Shown piece by piece: positions 61,459 to 64,000 of a DNA stretch of 64,000 nucleotides (positions are counted from its first letter, which is position 1; every line of letters starts with the position of its first letter). This DNA comes from Candidatus Poribacteria bacterium (lineage in GTDB: Bacteria; Poribacteria; WGA-4E; WGA-3G), in assembly GCA_965197475.1 (NCBI GenBank), contig CBDANF010000003.1, positions 3,104,001 through 3,168,000 of the forward strand, read 5' to 3'. The notes under the pieces were generated by a model. It was not told the origin of the DNA, ran no database searches, and saw nothing but the letters and a program-made list of their open reading frames with translations. Made by a program: the position numbers and the translations under genes.

Positions 61459-63248
61459 TGACACACAAAATTGCAATTATCGTACTCTTACTTCTTGCCC
61501 TACCAATAGCAGCGGACGCACAGTCAGACTATACGATACCGAAAAAACATCGCGTCATTCAAGAATCGTCAAAGCAGCATGTGAGTGTGCCTGTTGATGC
61601 CCAACTTCCAAATGTAACCTTTACATCCCTGGAAGATAAAACATTCCACCTTAACACCCTCATCAAGCAGGGATCAGTTGTTTTTGTGTTCCTATCCGCA
61701 GAATGCCCAGTTGCCCAACGATACGCAATGCGGTTGAAGCGGATGGATGCCGAATTTTCTGCCAGACATGTTACCTTTATCGGTGTCTATTCCAACGAAA
61801 ACGATTCGGTAGATGATGTCAAGGCATACATAGCACGGGCAGAGTACCCGTTCCCGATTGTCAAGGATACCGATGGAAGTTTAGCTCGCCATCTCGGTGC
61901 GACGATGACCCCACAGGCACATCTTATTGATATGTCTGGTATTCTGCGCTACCGTGGCCCGATTGACGATAATCGCTACGAAACACGGGTAAAGCATAAT
62001 TACCTGAAAGATGCACTCGTAGCAGTGTTGAATGGAAAACCTGTGCCAGTGAAAGAGACACCCGCTTTTGGATGTACAATCCATCTCCCCGAATTGCCTG
62101 TCCAAAACCAGATAACCTATAGTGAACATATCGCACCGATACTACAAAAAAATTGCCTAACCTGTCATCATCAGGATGGGATAGCACCGTTCGCGCTTGC
62201 GGACTATGATAACGTGAAGACACGCGCTGTCAAAATTGCCGAATACACGCAGGCACGCCTCATGCCTCCATGGAAACCGGTGCATGGTTTTGGCGAATTC
62301 AAAAACGAAAGACGACTCACAGACACCGAAATTGATATGATAGCGAAATGGGTTAAAACTGGCACGGCAGCAGGTCCCGCAACCAATGACAAAACTACAC
62401 CACTATCTTCGGAGACATGGACACTCGGAAAACCTGATTGGGTTATTGATACCCCCGAGGAATTTGCCAAGTGCCATGCCTCAATTGTCATTACAGATAA
62501 TTTTAAGAAAGATATATACATACAAGGAGTAGATTTTCAATTAGAGAAAAATAAAACAGTGCGCGGCGTTACCGCAACCTTTGGTGCAAAAATCTTTACA
62601 ATGCGAACTGATCAACTTGATGGATCTCATGTAATTTCAATTGGAATAAGCCCTAACATCAGTGAAAAGGGTTTACATGGTGTATGTACACCGGGTTTTG
62701 CTCCTGTACTTCTACCTGAAGGCATCGGGTATCTGTTGCCAAAGGAGAAAAATATAATCCTAAACATAGAATATCACAACGCTGATCATCAGGAACACGA
62801 CGGTTTGCGGGTAGGACTCTATTTTTCAAAAACACCAGAGACCGCACAGTTACGTAAAGCAACTCTCATGAACCGCCTACTGAAGAAACCAAGAAATTTG
62901 AATCAGTATAATGTGTTTTCTTCATACGACTTCAAATCCGATGTCTATGTTTACGGTGTATATCCATCAATAGATGCATATAAACATAATATGCGGATTG
63001 TTGCCAAAACTCAAACTGATGAACATATTAAAATGCTATGGATTAAGGCATCTGACTTTAAGTGGCAAGATATATACTACTATCAAGAACCGATATTTTT
63101 ACCCGCAGGTTCACGATTGGTATTTGATTTGCAGGAGGATTCGGAAAATCAGAATGTTCGGAAGTTATCCGATCAAAAGAATAAAAAAGCAGCTAAACTA
63201 ACTTGCCACTTCCTTTATGTGTTAGCATCTGAATATACTCCGGATTGA
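61458..63248 (+). CDS. Exported redoxin-domain protein with CxxCH motif and monooxygenase-like C-terminus
   Basis: Signal peptide; ECPVA, YRGPIDD, FGC; CLTCH; MPPW. Confidence 0.8.
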   Translation: MTHKIAIIVLLLLALPIAADAQSDYTIPKKHRVIQESSKQHVSVPVDAQLPNVTFTSLEDKTFHLNTLIKQGSVVFVFLSAECPVAQRYAMRLKRMDAEFSARHVTFIGVYSNENDSVDDVKAYIARAEYPFPIVKDTDGSLARHLGATMTPQAHLIDMSGILRYRGPIDDNRYETRVKHNYLKDALVAVLNGKPVPVKETPAFGCTIHLPELPVQNQITYSEHIAPILQKNCLTCHHQDGIAPFALADYDNVKTRAVKIAEYTQARLMPPWKPVHGFGEFKNERRLTDTEIDMIAKWVKTGTAAGPATNDKTTPLSSETWTLGKPDWVIDTPEEFAKCHASIVITDNFKKDIYIQGVDFQLEKNKTVRGVTATFGAKIFTMRTDQLDGSHVISIGISPNISEKGLHGVCTPGFAPVLLPEGIGYLLPKEKNIILNIEYHNADHQEHDGLRVGLYFSKTPETAQLRKATLMNRLLKKPRNLNQYNVFSSYDFKSDVYVYGVYPSIDAYKHNMRIVAKTQTDEHIKMLWIKASDFKWQDIYYYQEPIFLPAGSRLVFDLQEDSENQNVRKLSDQKNKKAAKLTCHFLYVLASEYTPD

Positions 63249-63337
63249 AAGCCTTTTATTCCTATCATTGTGAAAACATTTTACGGTTGGATTTTGTATC
63301 AACTATGAAAAAATAGACTATAAGGAGAACAACAAAA

Positions 63338-64000
63338 ATGCCAAAGTTTGGTGTAAATTTATTATTGTGGGCAGATAAATTTGACAGAGAAACTGCTGAC
63401 CTTATTCCGAAAGTCGCTGAAATGGGATTTGACGGAGTGGAAATCCCAATTTTTGATCCAGATACGGTGGACATCCCTTATACCCAAAGATTACTGAAAG
63501 AAACTGGCTTAGAGACTGTCGGGTGCAATATCATGGCAGGCGATAGGAATCCAATTGACGAAGACCCTGCTATTCGCGAAAACGGGAAAACGTATCTCAA
63601 GCGTACAATTGAGGTTATTGCTGAATTGGGGGCAGATACGCTCGTTGGACCGATGTATAGTGCAGTAGGAAAACTCGTTGGACGTGGTAGAAACGAACAA
63701 GAATGGAGCTGGTGTGTTGAAGGCTTACAAGAGGTAGCCGAATTCGGGGGAAAACACGGTGTTACGCTTGCAAGCGAACCGCTCAACCGCTTTGAAACCT
63801 ATTTCGTTAACATTGCCGAAGATGCCGTTAAACTTTGTCAAGCGGTGGATAGCCCATACTTCAAGGTGCATTTGGATACATTCCACATGAACATTGAGGA
63901 AAAAAATCAAGCAGACGCGATTATTAATACTGGGAATTACCTGCATCACATGCACTGTTGTGAAAATGATCGTGGAACTCCCGGCACAGGGCTTGTTGAT
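63338..64000 (+). CDS. Sugar phosphate isomerase/epimerase, D-tagatose 3-epimerase-like (runs off window; absent from ORF track)
   Basis: AAGGAG RBS; GFDGVEIP, EPLNRFE, HLDTFHMNIEE, ENDRGTPGTG. Confidence 0.9.
   Translation, partial: MPKFGVNLLLWADKFDRETADLIPKVAEMGFDGVEIPIFDPDTVDIPYTQRLLKETGLETVGCNIMAGDRNPIDEDPAIRENGKTYLKRTIEVIAELGADTLVGPMYSAVGKLVGRGRNEQEWSWCVEGLQEVAEFGGKHGVTLASEPLNRFETYFVNIAEDAVKLCQAVDSPYFKVHLDTFHMNIEEKNQADAIINTGNYLHHMHCCENDRGTPGTGLVD

Noticed and set aside
325-63955. Numerous short antisense or overlapping ORFs in the track
   Set aside because: Shadows of longer recognisable genes, without RBS or motifs
1-64000. Genome-wide TGA reassignment (code 4 or 25)
   Set aside because: Many intact genes end at TGA at their expected C-termini and Trp is TGG throughout
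1-64000. tRNA (including tRNA-Sec), rRNA or riboswitch
   Set aside because: None recognised by eye in intergenic regions; a covariance-model scan is needed to exclude them

Overview
Bacterial genomic window, mostly housekeeping and accessory genes. The gene style (ECF sigma-WD40 fusions with a 'WALPEGAIARLGRG' start, several PhyH dioxygenases, GTAG-type palindromic repeats) suggests Candidatus Poribacteria; this assignment is inference only. Contents in order: dxs, yihY, tlyA, tamB, tamA; a nucleoside-type ABC transporter; an S9 peptidase; an HNH + PD-(D/E)XK gene pair; phnY*/phnZ; a nonulosonic-acid cluster; three WD40 genes; glycosylation genes; gdh, pdxJ, HAD, rluB; and five IS copies. The main result is two exported selenoprotein candidates that the ORF track breaks at in-frame TGA codons. 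(i) 21624-22667 encodes a signal peptide, then S-U-G-A-U-S (two TGA codons, UxxU), then an outer-membrane beta-barrel-like body ending in Phe, with a downstream hairpin that can fold in two registers. (ii) 59404-60612 (minus) encodes a signal peptide, a thioredoxin W-U-G-W-C site and 30-aa TPR-like repeats, with a SECIS-like hairpin. No sel machinery genes are in the window. All calls come from reading the sequence; no searches were run.
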